From Geosiphon pyriformis uo1 (lineage: Eukaryota > Fungi > Glomeromycota): a stretch of 64,000 bases of DNA. A program made the position numbers and the translations under genes. Positions 10,373 through 24,185 of the stretch are shown here, piece after piece (position 1 is the stretch's first letter; each line of letters opens with the position of its first letter). The notes under the pieces were generated by a model that saw nothing but the letters and a program-made list of their open reading frames with translations, had not been told where the DNA came from and did not search any database. The stretch is from NCBI GenBank assembly GCA_016748015.1, contig JAAOMT010000222.1, positions 561,924 through 625,923 of the forward strand. The letters are read 5' to 3'.

Positions 10373-13369
10373 CTGGTTTCTTTTCAAGATTTTGGTATTA
10401 TAAGTTTGTGGTTTTTATCAAAAAAAATGGTAGGGCTTAGATTGTTTTGGTCTTATTCTAATTATTAGTTTTAATTGCTTTTTTGGCTCCTTCAATCCAA
10501 ATATATGTGTTTTTTTCTTTACCAGAGAATTTTTTCAGTCTGACAATATCTTTATAAGCTATAATTTGAACAATAAAAGTTGATTTAATTGTTAATAAAG
10601 AGAATATAAATAAAAGTATGTCTGGTTGTTTTGTGAGTTTACTGCTAGTTGTTTTTCTTTGTTAGCATAACCAATAAGTTGTAGAATAGTTGTTTTATCT
10701 AAAGATATAGTGGTTGATTTGTTGAGAAGTAATACTAATAGTTGTATTTAAGAAAAAATGCTTTTACCAGATTTATTAACTGCTAAAGTAAGATTTTCAA
10801 ACAATAATTCATATTTTTCTAAGAATTTGGTCCAGAAATTTTGATTATAGTCCTAAGGATACAGAGTTTTGAGAGTTTTTGGAGTTTTTAATTGTGTTTC
10901 AATAAGTTGGTTAAACAGAATTCTGCTTCTTAAAATCTGATAATATAAAAAAATTGTTAATAAAAAAAGCCTTAATTTCTTGTTAACTGTAAATTAAATA
11001 CTTTCTTATATGACTGATATATTTCTATCTTCAGATTCAGATTCTTCAAAGTTAAATCTCAATAGTTGTTGTTTTTTTACTTAAAAGTATTATTTGCTAA
11101 TATATTTCTGAATTTTCTAATCAATTATTAAAAAAGTTTTGGCTATAAATAGTAGTTAAAATTGAGTATATTAGTAATTTTTAATGGATTTGTTCTTCAA
11201 ATTTTCTCATGTTTGTTGTTTGGTCTAATAAGTAGTCAACTTTAGTGTGTATATAGTAACAAAAACCACTTTTTGCAATAATAGTTTCTAGTGGTATTCT
11301 TAAGTATTTCTTAAAGTATTTAAATAATGCTTTTTTATATAATAAGTAATCTTTTTTTTATAGTCTTAATAGTCATCACTTTTATGAATTATTGGAATGT
11401 TTTGTCTTTGTGAATTTTATAATCTTATAGAAAACACCAAATGTTACAGATAATTTTGGTAGAATATTATGGTAATGTTTAGTGCTCTAAATTTGAATAA
11501 AAAAAGCCTAAAAATCTTTATTCTAAATATTTAAGATAAGTCATTAATATTAATTTCTAAAGATTTTTGCTAATTTTATCTATAGAGTTCTTTAGTTATA
11601 AGACACAAAGAAGTGTTTTGGCTGTTTGTAGCTTAAGCATATAAACTATTTTTTTTAAGTTAATCAAATACAATTACTAAAATCTGGCAGTGTTTTTTAT
11701 TTTTCTGATAAGTTAACAAAATAATATTAATATTCAATTCTAAAGAGAGCTTCTTTCTTTTACCAGTGTTACCAGAGATTTTTGGTCTCTTTTTTTGAAT
11801 ATTGTTAATGTTGATTCGCTGTGAATTCATGTTTTTAAGAAGTAATTGAATCTCCAATAACTAAATTTATCTTTAAATTATCTCTTATAATTTGAACTGC
11901 TGGACTTATAAGTGGAATGACCAATTTTGTGCCAATTACTTTGTTTAGTTACATTGTAGTAAACATCAACTCTTTTCCAGAAATTGCTTATCTGGAAGTT
12001 TACTAAAATGTGTAGTTACTTGGTTGTAAAAGTCAACTTTTTTACAGAAATCTTGTTTGTAGGCTACTCTAATAATTATAATAAGAAAAAAAAAAGAATA
12101 TAAAAGAAATATAAAAGAAATAGGATTCTAACAAAAGAAACGTTTTCTATTCAGACCTGGAGTTACTAACAGATTATTAAAATTGGTAGCTAATCAATTT
12201 CAAAATGTTAGTTGTGTTGAGAGAATTTCAAGTGTAATAATCAAAGAATTTGGTTTTTGAATATTTAATTTTTATTTGAGATGTGTAAAAGGTGATTTGT
12301 TCTAATTAAAATATCTAAAGTAGGATACTATAATAAGATATAAGAATATATATTTTTTTGAAAAGAGAAGCTCTTCTTTTATACAACTTGTTGTAGTACT
12401 AATCTTTAAACTTGCACTTTTTTTTTGCTATAATTTTGGCAAACTAAAAATACATTTCAGCAAACTACAAGTTATTTCCACAAACTATTGATTATTTCGG
12501 CCAATTTTTATTAATTTCGACGAATTTTGACTATGTTAAATAGTTCAGAGTATTGTGTAATTTGATCATCTTAATTTCTATAGTACAAATCAGTTTATTA
12601 ATTAAATAATAATATTTGATAATTTGATTATTTAATAAGTAATAATTGAAATAATAATATATACTAATTAATGCTAGGAATTAAAAAGGTAATTTTATGT
12701 TAACTAATAGCTAAAATTCTACTGGTAACACCAGATTATTACAAAGTTTATTTTCAGACAATCAATTTTACAATGTTGCTATTTCTTAAAAATAAAATAA
12801 AAATAAAAGAAATTAATATTGTTAATCACTGTGATTAAGAGTGATTAGTCTAAGTTATTATTGTTTGAGATGTTTTATACTAAAAACATCTGACCATAAA
12901 CAAAGGTAAGAGAATAATTAATTTGGTTTAAATACAGAATTCATAGATCATATATGAGTAAGTTTGAATTTTGAATATTTTTTTATTTAAAATAATCTAA
13001 ATATATAGATAAAATAGATTTAAGAAATATGAATAGAAAAATATATTTTTTTATTTATTTGTCTCTTAGTTTGTTTTTTTGTTTATTACTAAAACTATTT
13101 TTTTTATACATATTTCTAGTTTTATAAAATTACTTTTGATCACTTATTATGTTTAACTATTGCTTACTATTTCTGTTATTGCTTTATTTTTTTTATACTA
13201 TAACTAGTTATTCTGTCTTATTTCATATTATTGTGTATTATTTTACATTATTTTGTATTATTGCATATTATTCTGTATTATTTTATGTTATCATGTTTTT
13301 TTTAAGTTATTACATTTTTAATTATATTTTTTTAATATTTTTCAGATTGGTTTTTCTACTTAGATAACA
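10373..13369 (-). mobile_element. gag: Gypsy E: 5' LTR (family B, 11442-13369), PBS and gag N-terminal region; truncated here by D1
   Basis: Family B LTR on the minus strand followed by TT-TGGTGTTTTC. The downstream frame reaches the capsid-start motif (..IV.LKKFSGKE.NT..WIEGAKKAI.TN). Confidence 0.85.
11767..12730 (-). repeat. Solo LTR, family C
   Basis: TGTTAC...GTAACA termini with a perfect 4-bp TSD ccag (11763-11766 and 12731-12734). Reverse complement of LTRs 34017-34918 and 42832-43776. Confidence 0.95.
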
Positions 13370-14973
13370 ATACCTATAAATTACAGTCATGTTTTTTGGT
13401 TTTACCAATGCTTTTTTTATTTTTTAATGCTTAATAGACAAAGTATTTAAATCAGTAAAAAAAAACTTTGTTTTAGTTTACTTGAATAACATAATATTAT
13501 ACTCAAAAACCTGAAATAAACATCTTAAACATTTGCAAAAGATTTTTGATTTCCTTATAAATACTGGTTTAAAGATTAATTCAATCAAATCTTTTTTTAA
13601 ACATTAATTTACCCAGTTTTTTGGTTATTTTATTACAAAAAATAGAATCTTTTCTGATTCAATCAAGATTAAAAAAACCCAAAATATTAGACAACTAATG
13701 AATATACATAAACTATGTTTTTTTTTTGGTTTGGCCTTTTATTATTATAAATTTATTAAGAATTTCTTTAAAATTGTCTCTTTTTTTAATCAGCTATTCA
13801 GAAAAAATATCAATTACCATTGGAGTATATATTAACAAAAAGCATTTAAAACCCTTAAAAAAAAATTGGTTACAAAATCTATTCTTAAGCAATCTAATCT
13901 GAATTAATCTTTTATCTTTTATACTAATACATCTGGCTATAAACTTAGTATTATTCTCTTATAAAAAGATAAAGATAACAAGAAATATGCTATAGTATAT
14001 ACTAATAAAATTCTTTTACCAACAAAACAGAACTATTTAGTTACTAAGCAAGAATACTTAACAGTAATTTGGCTTATTAGTTACTAAAGCAAATATCTTC
14101 TTGGTGTAAAGTTTTTGGTAATAACAGATTATCAAGCTTTGGTTTGGCTGTACAATAAAAAAAATCTAAAATACAAACAGATAACTTACTGAATACTTTA
14201 TTTGAATAAATTCGATTATAATATACAATATTACAAAAAAATTAATTATTAAAATGCTAACACTCTCTTTAAATTTACTATTAAGTAATAATACAATCTT
14301 TACAAAATCAAACCAGCTTAATTATTAGTAACTTTTTCTTAATCAAACATGATAATAGACTTAAACAATTATTCTGCACTAATAAAAGTTTTGGTTAAAA
14401 GACAATACTCACTAAAATATACTTGACAGCAAAGAGAATATTTGTGAAAACAATCAAATTTTTATTTAATTTACCAGAACTAATTATATAAAAGAAATAA
14501 AAAAGATTTTAACTGTTTTTAAAAAGTTATTAAATTTGAAAAAAAAAAATTGTAATATAACATATATGCTAATCTATTAACTAAACACTTAAAAAAAACA
14601 AAAACAATTCAGAAAATTTAGCTTGTTATTATTAGCTTATCTTAAGAAAAAATATTACTAAATATATTAAAATCTGTAATACTTGTCAAAGAAAAAAAAA
14701 CCCAATTGAAAAAAAATATTTATTTAATCTCTGTTAGTCAATTATTTAACAGAATTGGTATAAATATTGTTAAATCTTTAACAATAATTTTTGATAACAA
14801 CAAATATATTATTACAGTTACTAACTATTTTATAAAGTAAATAAAAGCAAAAGCTATCTCAAACCAAACAGTAATTTTAATAATTAATTTTATTTATAAA
14901 AATATTATATGTTATTATAACTGTTTTAAAAAACTTTTATTTGATAAAAAAAAAGCTTTTCTTAGTAGACTAA

Positions 14974-15732
14974 TATTATTTATAAAAATTAGAATTTATA
15001 ATAATAGATAAAATAGCCAATTAGAAATAAGTATAATAAAATAAAAAATTGCAAAATTCCAGAATTCTCTTAAGAAATTACAGAATTTTCAGAAATCTTG
15101 TATAACACAAATTATGTATATATAGTAAGAGTATCAAAAACAAAAAAGTATTAAGGATTTAATAGAGTTCAAAACTTTAATACTCTTTCTTTAAAAGATA
15201 ATTTTCTATAACTTAAAATGGAAACACATTTATATCAATAAAATATCTAATTATTATTTAACTTATGTTATTGTTGCTTAATTAAGAATATTAATTATTT
15301 CCATACTATTAACATTCTATGTTAATAAAATTTAAATATTTAACTATATTAGACCGCTCTTAATTATAACTATTAACAGGATATTAATTTTTTATTTTTT
15401 TTTATTTTGTTTCTTTATTGTTTACCAATTAATTAAAAAAATTAAGCACTAAGTATTTAATGTTAAAGATAGCCTGATAAAAAACCTGAAAATAAGAATA
15501 GAAATTTAAGGATAGCTTACTAAAAAAACACAACTACCAAAATAAACCAGTTATTATGCTGAAAAAAAATTCATAGGAAAAACCATCAATTAAATCTCTG
15601 TTTATTATATAAAAAACTCAACTAAAACCTTCAGATTTTAAAATTTTTAGAAATTATTAATATTACCAGCTATTAAACACCAAATTACAGGTTTGTTATT
15701 TGTTTTAACACCCCAAATAATCACTTGTAACA
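14974..15732 (+). repeat. Solo LTR, family A (G subtype), in F integrase
   Basis: TATTAT...GTAACA termini, TSD ctaa/ctga, and close similarity to LTRs 20766-21568 and 31439-32187. Confidence 0.88.
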
Positions 15733-18197
15733 CTGATTAAAAAACTTTATAGAAAAATGAAAATACATTATAAATTCTCTTTTTTTTATTACTTCTAAAC
15801 AAATAATCTAGTAAAATATTTTAATAGAATAATATATAAAACCTTAACCAAAACCAGTAAAAACCAAATTTATAAAACAAAATACTGTTTTTAGCTTTGT
15901 TTGCTTATAAAACTGTGAATTATAACATAATAAGTTATGAACTTTTTTATCTGTTTTATAAATAAATGACAACTTTACTAATAGAAATAAATATTAAAAC
16001 AATATTTTTAAAAAAAATCACAATAAAAAATTACAAAACCATTTTGTAAAGAAGACTTAATACTATTTTTAACTTTTTGATAGAAGTATAAATAATTGTT
16101 TTTAAAAAAATAAAACAGTTTTAAGAAAAACTTAAGAAAAAAAACTTATAAAACACTTTTTTTAAGTATTAATAACTTAGTTTTAAAATATTACTTAAAC
16201 AGAAACAATATCTATAATAATAAATTTTCTAACTAAAAGAACTCTTTATAGTCAACAAAGTTTTAAACAATGGTTTTTGTATTTTATAAAATTAATATAT
16301 AACAATTTTCAATAATTATTCTGTTCATGATATACAACTCAAAAAATATCACAAACGACTTGATTAGTTATTTGTTGTAATAATACCAACTCAAATAATT
16401 AGCAAAAATCAGATATAAATAAATATACTATTTTCAAAACAGAAGTATCTTTAATTAACATAAAACAATTAATTTTTGGATTAAAATATTCAAAATGCTT
16501 TCTATACTTTTTATAAATATTAGATCAAAAATTATTCAAATACTATTCTGATTATTAGAAAACAAACAACTATAACTGATAATAGTAAAACATATACTGT
16601 TATTAGACCAAAAAAAACCACTACCAAAAAAAAAAAAATTGGTAGTAAAATAGATAAATATATACTTAAAAACATAATAGCAAGCATATTATTACCTTTT
16701 AATATACTTAAAAAAACAATTAAAGAAATTTTGCTCATAGACAAAAATCTGTTATATAGAAAACAATTTAAGTTTTATGGTTAACTTAGTAAAATTATAA
16801 AAAACATGAAGCTTATAAAAAAATAATTTCAAAGATACAAATAGAAATTCTGGACATTATATAGTTAAATGTCTTAAAAGTTTTGACTATTGCTAAAAAA
16901 ACCAAAACTCTTATACAAAGATTTGGTTTTTTAGATACAAAGTTTATTTTAAATATTATATATCTTATTTACAAAAGACTTTAACAAATTAGTTAGTTTT
17001 GAGTTAAATAAAAATTTTCAATTAGAATATCCTATAAATAGCTTGATTTTATTAGAGCTTAATTTCTTTGAAGAGAATAATATTATAATTAAAACTTATA
17101 GTTTTTATTAGTTATTATATATATTAGCCATTAATGTTACATAATTAGCCATTTTATTTTTAAATAGTAATTAATGACTTGATTATTAATCTGATTAATA
17201 ATCTGATTGTTAATTATTTTTTATAGCTATATAAGCAATGAGTCTCTTAGCTATAGAAGAACATAATTAAAGTAATAAAATAAAATTCACTATTAATTAC
17301 TTTTTCTTATATACTTATTCTTTTTTTCTTATTTTTAAGTATCTGAACATTTTGAAATAAAAAATTATTTATTGGCTTATACATATTTTATCTTTTTTTC
17401 TTCTTAATTTGTATTATTAAATATTAGTCTGAAAAACAATTGCTTGTTTTTGTAATTTATTAAATAAAAAAACAATTGAAAAACACAACAATACTTATTA
17501 TTAATTCTAAAAATTGTCAAGTTAAAACATAGAATAATAGCAGTAATATTATTTTGTTGATAATTATGAACTATTTTTCTATTTTCAGATTCTCAGAAAA
17601 GATTTACAATTGTAATTTTTATGAGATTGATTATACACATTAAATTTTTACTTATTTAATTTGCTTTCTTATTGTAATTTTTTTTTAATTAATTTTATTA
17701 TCTTATAATCTTGTTTTTTTTTGCTATTTGTTAGCTTATTATTCTAATCTGTAATAATATTAAAAACTAAAAAAACATCAAAAACTTAGACAAACTTGCT
17801 TTAAGATTAATTTATTCTTTATTATTTTATTAATCAAAATTATAACTAAGTTAATAAACATAATTATTCAAATTATTAAAATTTTATTTATTAATAAATT
17901 TTAACTTATTTTGTTAAAATTCAAGATAATTCTAATATTTTAATATTATTTATATTAAATATAATAATTTAACAAACATTAAAACAATAATTTTTAATTA
18001 TAATTATTAATAAAATATTAACTTCTAGTTTTATTTATTTCTTTTTTTTGAGTTTTTACAAATTATTAATTAATAAAATAAATATTAAGATTATAATATT
18101 AAAGATTATTTAATAAAAAATACCAGAAAAAAGTATAGATATAATTATTAAAACTAGAATTGCTTATTAAAAAAATGCAAATACTAAAATAAATTAG

Positions 18198-19200
18198 TAT
18201 TATAAATAAACTTAATAAGATATTGTAATAATATTTAGTGTTCTAAATTTGAATAGAGTTTTCTGTAAATGCATAAAAAATATATTAAAGATATTAATCT
18301 CTAAAGGTTTTTATTATATGTAAATTTATTTGTAAAGTTCTTTAGTTATAAGACATAAAAATACATTTTAGTAGTTTATAGTTATAAATATAAACTATTT
18401 CTTTCAACTAATTAGACACAGTTATTAGGATCTGGTATTGTCTTTTTAATTTTTTGGTAAGCTAATAAAATAAAATTAATATTTAAATCTAAGAAAAGTT
18501 TTTTTTTACTAGGTTATTATGAAGTTTATTCTTAAACAATCAATTTTTTTTGTTGTTACTTTACAAAAAAGAAGAAAAAATCAAAAAAAATAAGAAAAAT
18601 AAGAAAAATAAAAATAAAATAAAAGAAAAAAAGAAATTAATATTGTTAATTATTATAATTAAAAACAATTAATTTAAATCATTAAGATTTTGAAGCTGTT
18701 TATGCTAATAGTATTTGGCTTAAAACAAAAGTTAAAAAAACCAATTAATTTAATTTTAATAACATAAATTTTGGGATTATATATGTATAGATTAAATAAT
18801 ATTTTATTTAATAGTTAATAAAAAAATATAGAAAAAATAAAATAAAAAAATTTATCAAGTTTAAAGATAAAATATTTAGAAAAGAATTGGTTTTTGTTTT
18901 CTGTCTGTTTTTTTCTATCTATTAAAACTATTTGTTTTTATATATATTTTTTAGTTTATAAAATTATTTTTGATTATTTATTATTATTAACTATTATTTG
19001 CTATTTTTATTATTGCTTTATTTTTTTTTATTATAATTAGTTATTTTGTATTATTTTATATTATTGTATATTATCTTATATTATTCTAAATTATTATATA
19101 TTATTTTGTATTATTTTATGTTATTACATTTTTTTTATATTATTATGTATTAATTACGTTTTTTCAATAGCTTTAAATTGGTTTTTCTACTTAGATAATA
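18198..19200 (-). repeat. Solo LTR, family B, inside the F LTR
   Basis: Collinear with the other family B LTRs; TSD ttag/ttaa. Confidence 0.82.
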
Positions 19201-19372
19201 TTAATTATTATGCCAAAAAACTTTAAATAATTTACAAACTAAAATTACAATAATTTTTTATTTATTATATAAAAAATTCTATTATAACCAAATCTTTAAA
19301 TTATAATAAATATTAATTAAGCACCAAGCTATAGAATTTACAAATTCTTACTATTAATAACTATTTATAATA

Positions 19373-19830
19373 TTATAATTAGAGTTTTAATATTGATTTT
19401 TTAATTATTAATTGTTTAATTATAATCTACAATTAATTTTTAAATGATTTTGTTTGTAATAGTAATAAAAAATTCAGATTTTTTGTTGTTATTGGTTTAA
19501 TAACAAAATAAATACTTAAAAACTTTAGTTAACAAAAAAAATTAATCAAAAAAGAAGAAAAAAAAAAAGTAAATAACAAAAAAAATAAAAAAATGATTAC
19601 TATTTATATTGTAAAAATTTTTAACTTTTTTAAAAAAAATATTAAAATTAATCTTTAAGAATAGTTTAACAAAATTATAAAAACAAAAAATATATATAAA
19701 TAAAATACAACAAATATACTGAAAACAATTACTTATTTTTTATAAAAAACTATTATTAAATAGTTTAAGAATTTAGCAATATTTTTTGCCAATTAATAAG
19801 TCTTTAAAATTGATTTTTTTGAATAGTTTA
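19373..19830 (+). pseudogene. gag: Outermost Gypsy O: gag capsid start (part 1 of 3)
   Basis: Near-saturated A/T remnant collinear with gag of element H (atgattactatttatattgtaaaaatt... matches H at about 35665). Stops at the ..FL.QF. codons where the LINE begins. Confidence 0.65.
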
Positions 19831-22800
19831 TTTATTTTTTATTTTTTTTATATTTATAAATACAGTCTAATTACTATCTAATATATAAAGTCAAAATTAA
19901 GAACTTCAGCTAGATATAATTTATGTTTTTACTATATGTGACCAGTTACTTGGACCAATTAAAATAACATTAAACCTTTATATAAACTATTGGTTTATTA
20001 TTCAAACTAAAAAAAAACAAACAAAGATTATAAAAATTAAAGCTAATCTAAAAAACTTGTTAATACCAAGCAAATAAATCATTTTATCTGACAAATTTGA
20101 CACCAAATCACAAAACACAACTGGTATCATCTTGAAATTACTGACTAAACTACTTTTTTTTATATTTGTTTTGTATTTAGATCTGAACTTCCATAAATTA
20201 AAATGATGCTGTTTACTCAAACTGCACACAAAATTAATCAGAATTTGGACAGTTTTTTTATAGTCCTTAAACATTCATACAGTCTCATTATACTAATTCA
20301 TAAGCATAAAGTTTTTGTAAGAATATATATAGACTAATATTAAATAAACAAAAGAAAAGATATTTTATAACTATAGAAGACAATAGAATATGGAATTCAG
20401 TCAGAAATCTCTAAACCAAAATCTGATCAATCAAAATTATATTATAAGAATTAGACTTCTTGGAACAAATGAACACATAATTAGAGAATTCAATTTTTTT
20501 ATACTGTAAATACAGAACACTTGAATATTTTTTGTCATAAGATCTTTCTTTAATGACAATAGACAGCTTCTTATAAACAGTTTTTATAAAATACATATGC
20601 AAACCAGCTAAAAACTTATTCATTAAATCCAATAGTATATACAAATTCAAATGCCAAACTACAGCAGTTCAAATCCAATTAATCTTGTGAGATAAAAAAT
20701 ATTTAACATTCTAAAATCAAGTCCATATTCTTAACAAGCATGATCTATTGACTTATATATTTCAGTATTACAAGTAATTATTTGAAATGTTGAAACAAAT
20801 AACAAATCTATAACTTAATGCTTAATAGTTAAAAAAATTGTTAATTTTTAAAGATTTTAAAGTCTAAAAATTTTAGTTAAGTTTTTTGTATAATGGACAG
20901 AAATTTAATTAATGGTTTTTTTGTGAATTTTTTTTTTCAGCATAGTGGTCAGTTTATTCTGGCAGTTGTGTTTTTTTGATAAACTATCTTTAAATTTTTA
21001 CTCTTGTTTTTGGGTTTTTTACCAGGCTATTCTTGATATTAAATATTCAGCAGTTAATTTTTTTAATCAATTAGTAAACAACGAAGAAATAAAACAAATA
21101 AATAAATAAAAAAAAAAAAAATAAGAAATTAGTATCTCATTAATAGCCATAATTAAAAGCTATTGGTTTAATATAATTAAGTATTAAATTCTATCAACAT
21201 GAAGTGTTAATAGTGTAAAAATAATTAATATTTTTAATCAAACAATAATAACATAGATTGGATAATAATTTGATATTTTATTGATATTAATGTGTTTCTA
21301 TTTCAAGTTATAAAAAAACTATTTTTTAAAAAGAAGGTATTAGGATTCTGAATTCTATTAAATTCTGAATGCTTTTTTGTTTTTAATACTCTTACTATAT
21401 ATACATAATTTGTGTTATACAAGATTTTTGAGAATTCTGCAATTTCTGAAAGAAATTTTGTAATTTTGCAATTTTTTAAGAGGAATTTTAAAATTCTTCA
21501 TTTTACTATAACTATTTTTAATTGGCTATTTTATCTATTATTATAATTTTTAATTTCTATAAATAATATTATTTTCTTTTTTTAATATTAAGCTTTATTA
21601 AAATCTTTTAAATCTTTTTCTTGAATTAGCTTTATAATTTCTTTTTTAAGAATTACTTGGGCAATATTGGTCTGTAATTTTTCAAATTAAGTAATAGTTA
21701 CTGTTTTCATTGTTGAGTGTAGTAGTATTTTCAGACAGTCTTGAAATTTTGTTTGTAACTAGTATATTGCTTATACTTGTGTAAATAGATTGTTTTTTTT
21801 ACAAATTGTTTAAGTTGTTGTTGTTATGTTAAATATCTGTTTTGTTTTATTTATATATAAGTTCTAGATATTAAGCTTTTATTTTAAGTGATAATAACAA
21901 AAGTTTCTTGGAAATTATTGTGTTCATTATTTCCAATTTTTTTTATTAACTCTTTATATAATACTATTGTCTTTGGTGTTTTTATGAATATTTTTACTTT
22001 TGTTATTATATTCTTTACTATATTTTTATATCTTTTGTATGTCTTATATTGTACTTTATATTGGGGTTTCTATTTTTTTTCTGTATATTAAATGGTTTAT
22101 TAATTAATTGTAATTTTTATGTTCAGTTTTTAATGTTTAATTAATTAGAATAATTGTTGGGCTAATAAGTAAATATTGTTAATAATTTTTATCTTTCTAT
22201 TTGCTTTTGTTATATGTATTAGTTTTTTATATACTGTTCTTGTAGATTAATTTAATGTGTTTGTATTAATAATTATGATTGGTTCTAAATTTCATAAAAT
22301 TTTATTTGGTTAGATTAGTATTTGTTGTATTCCTAGTTGTAAATATTATTGATAAATAATAAGATTATATTGTAATATGATTTCAGTTAATTTCTATGTG
22401 CTGCTTTAGTTAAGATTTTGTTGTTTTATCTTAATTTATAAGCTCTATTTCTTAGAATTTTTTCAATATAAAATGATTTGTTCTATTTGGGATCAAATTT
22501 TTTATTTTATTGTTTTTCTGTTTTGGTATAATGTAAAAATATTTTGTTTTCAATCATAAATTCAACTGGTTTATTTAGTAATTGGTTATTATGTTGTTTT
22601 TTTTGTTTTGTTTGTGATTTTTATATATTATTAACTGTTTTTTGCCTTTTGTTTTTTAAAGTTTTTATTAAATTATATGTTTTTTTTAGCAATATCTTTT
22701 GGAAATTGGTTTTTGTTATTGGTTCTATTAGATATATATTAATATCTATTTCAATTAGTAATATTATTGTTCTATTATAAACAAGTTTAAATGGTATTGC

Positions 22801-23271
22801 TTGTGTAATATTTTGTTTTATTGTCTAATAAACAAATAATACTGATGGTATAAACAAATTCTATTTGTTTTGGTTTTCTTGGTTAATCTTAGCTATTTTT
22901 TTACACAATGTTCTGTTGAATTTTTCAACTAAATCATTTGTTTATAGATAATATGATAATGATAGTAGTCTCTTAATTCTAAATTTTTGACTTAATTCTG
23001 TTAAAATTTTGTTTACAAAGTGAGTCTTTTGGTCTGATAACAATTTTTTTTGGATATCTATGTCAACAAATCAAATTTTAATATATAAATTTGGTTATGA
23101 ATTCTGTATTTGCTTTTTAAATTGCTTTTGCTTTTGGCTATTTTGTAAGATAATCCATGATTACTGCTATATATTGATTGTTTCTACTAGTAATAATTAA
23201 TAGTTCAACTAAATTAATTCTAATTTGATCAAATAGTTGTTTTACTTTGATTGGTCTTAATAATTTATTGG

Positions 23272-24185
23272 TGTTACACTTAGAAAAAAAGAAAAATAAT
23301 ATATAATCAAAAAAAGAGAAAAACACATGATTATAAATTAACCAATTAGAATAGAAGAAGAGAAAAAAGAATTTTTCAGAAAATCTTGAATGTTTCAAAA
23401 AATTCAGAATTATTCAGAAAATTCAAGATATTTCAGAAAAGTTGAGGATTTTTCAGGAAATTCTGAATGTTTCAGAAAATCAAAAATTTTGCAAGAAATC
23501 TAACAAAAAAAAAGGATTTTTTATGTAAAAAAAATTATGTATATATAGCAGTAGTATTAGAAACAGAAAAAACAGATCTCTTAGTTTAGATTTTATCTAA
23601 GCAACCCTACACATCCACAAATATTAATAAATAATTATTTGCTACCTAAATCTAATTTTTACTATCAACATAAAGTGTTGATAGTCATCAATACTTAACC
23701 ACACTAGAATAATAGCTCTTAATTACGGTTATTAATAGGATATTAACTTTCATTGTCTTGGCTTATTCTCTTTAATTTTTTTTTTTCTTTTATTTTTTTT
23801 TTTCTGTTGTATACTAATTGATTAAAAATTAAGTGCTGAGTTACTAACATTAGAATATAGTACTGGTAAAAGACCCAGGAATAAGATTGAACACTCAAAT
23901 TTGAGGATAACTTACTAAAAAATTGCTGGCTACCACACTAAGAAAAAAATTAATAGAATTGCAATTCCAGAAAGCAACAGACAACAAACCACATTAATCC
24001 GAAAGTTGATACTTGAAGTATCATTAAAAAAAAACAATATTGAAATCTCTGTTCATTATACAAAGAACTTAACCAAAATCTTTAGACAACCAAAACCTTT
24101 AAATAATTACTAACAAGATCAATTATTAAGCATCAAATTACAGATTTGTTATTTGATTTGAGATCCCAAATAATCACCTGTAATA
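23272..24185 (+). repeat. Solo LTR (family A R/U5, distinct U3) in G integrase
   Basis: TGTTAC...GTAATA termini, TSD ttgg/ctgg. Confidence 0.9.

Larger units (their letters stand above)
13370..19372 (+). mobile_element. pol: Gypsy F: RT-RNaseH-integrase, ORF3, PPT and 3' LTR (about 17081-19372); heavily decayed
   Basis: RT start (VMFFGFTNA..VLVYLNNI), RNase H (FIFYTNTSGY), integrase remnants, PPT gaagagaataa at 17070-17080. LTR tail has aagcaccaag...ataata. Two nested solo LTRs. LTR limits are approximate. Confidence 0.78.
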
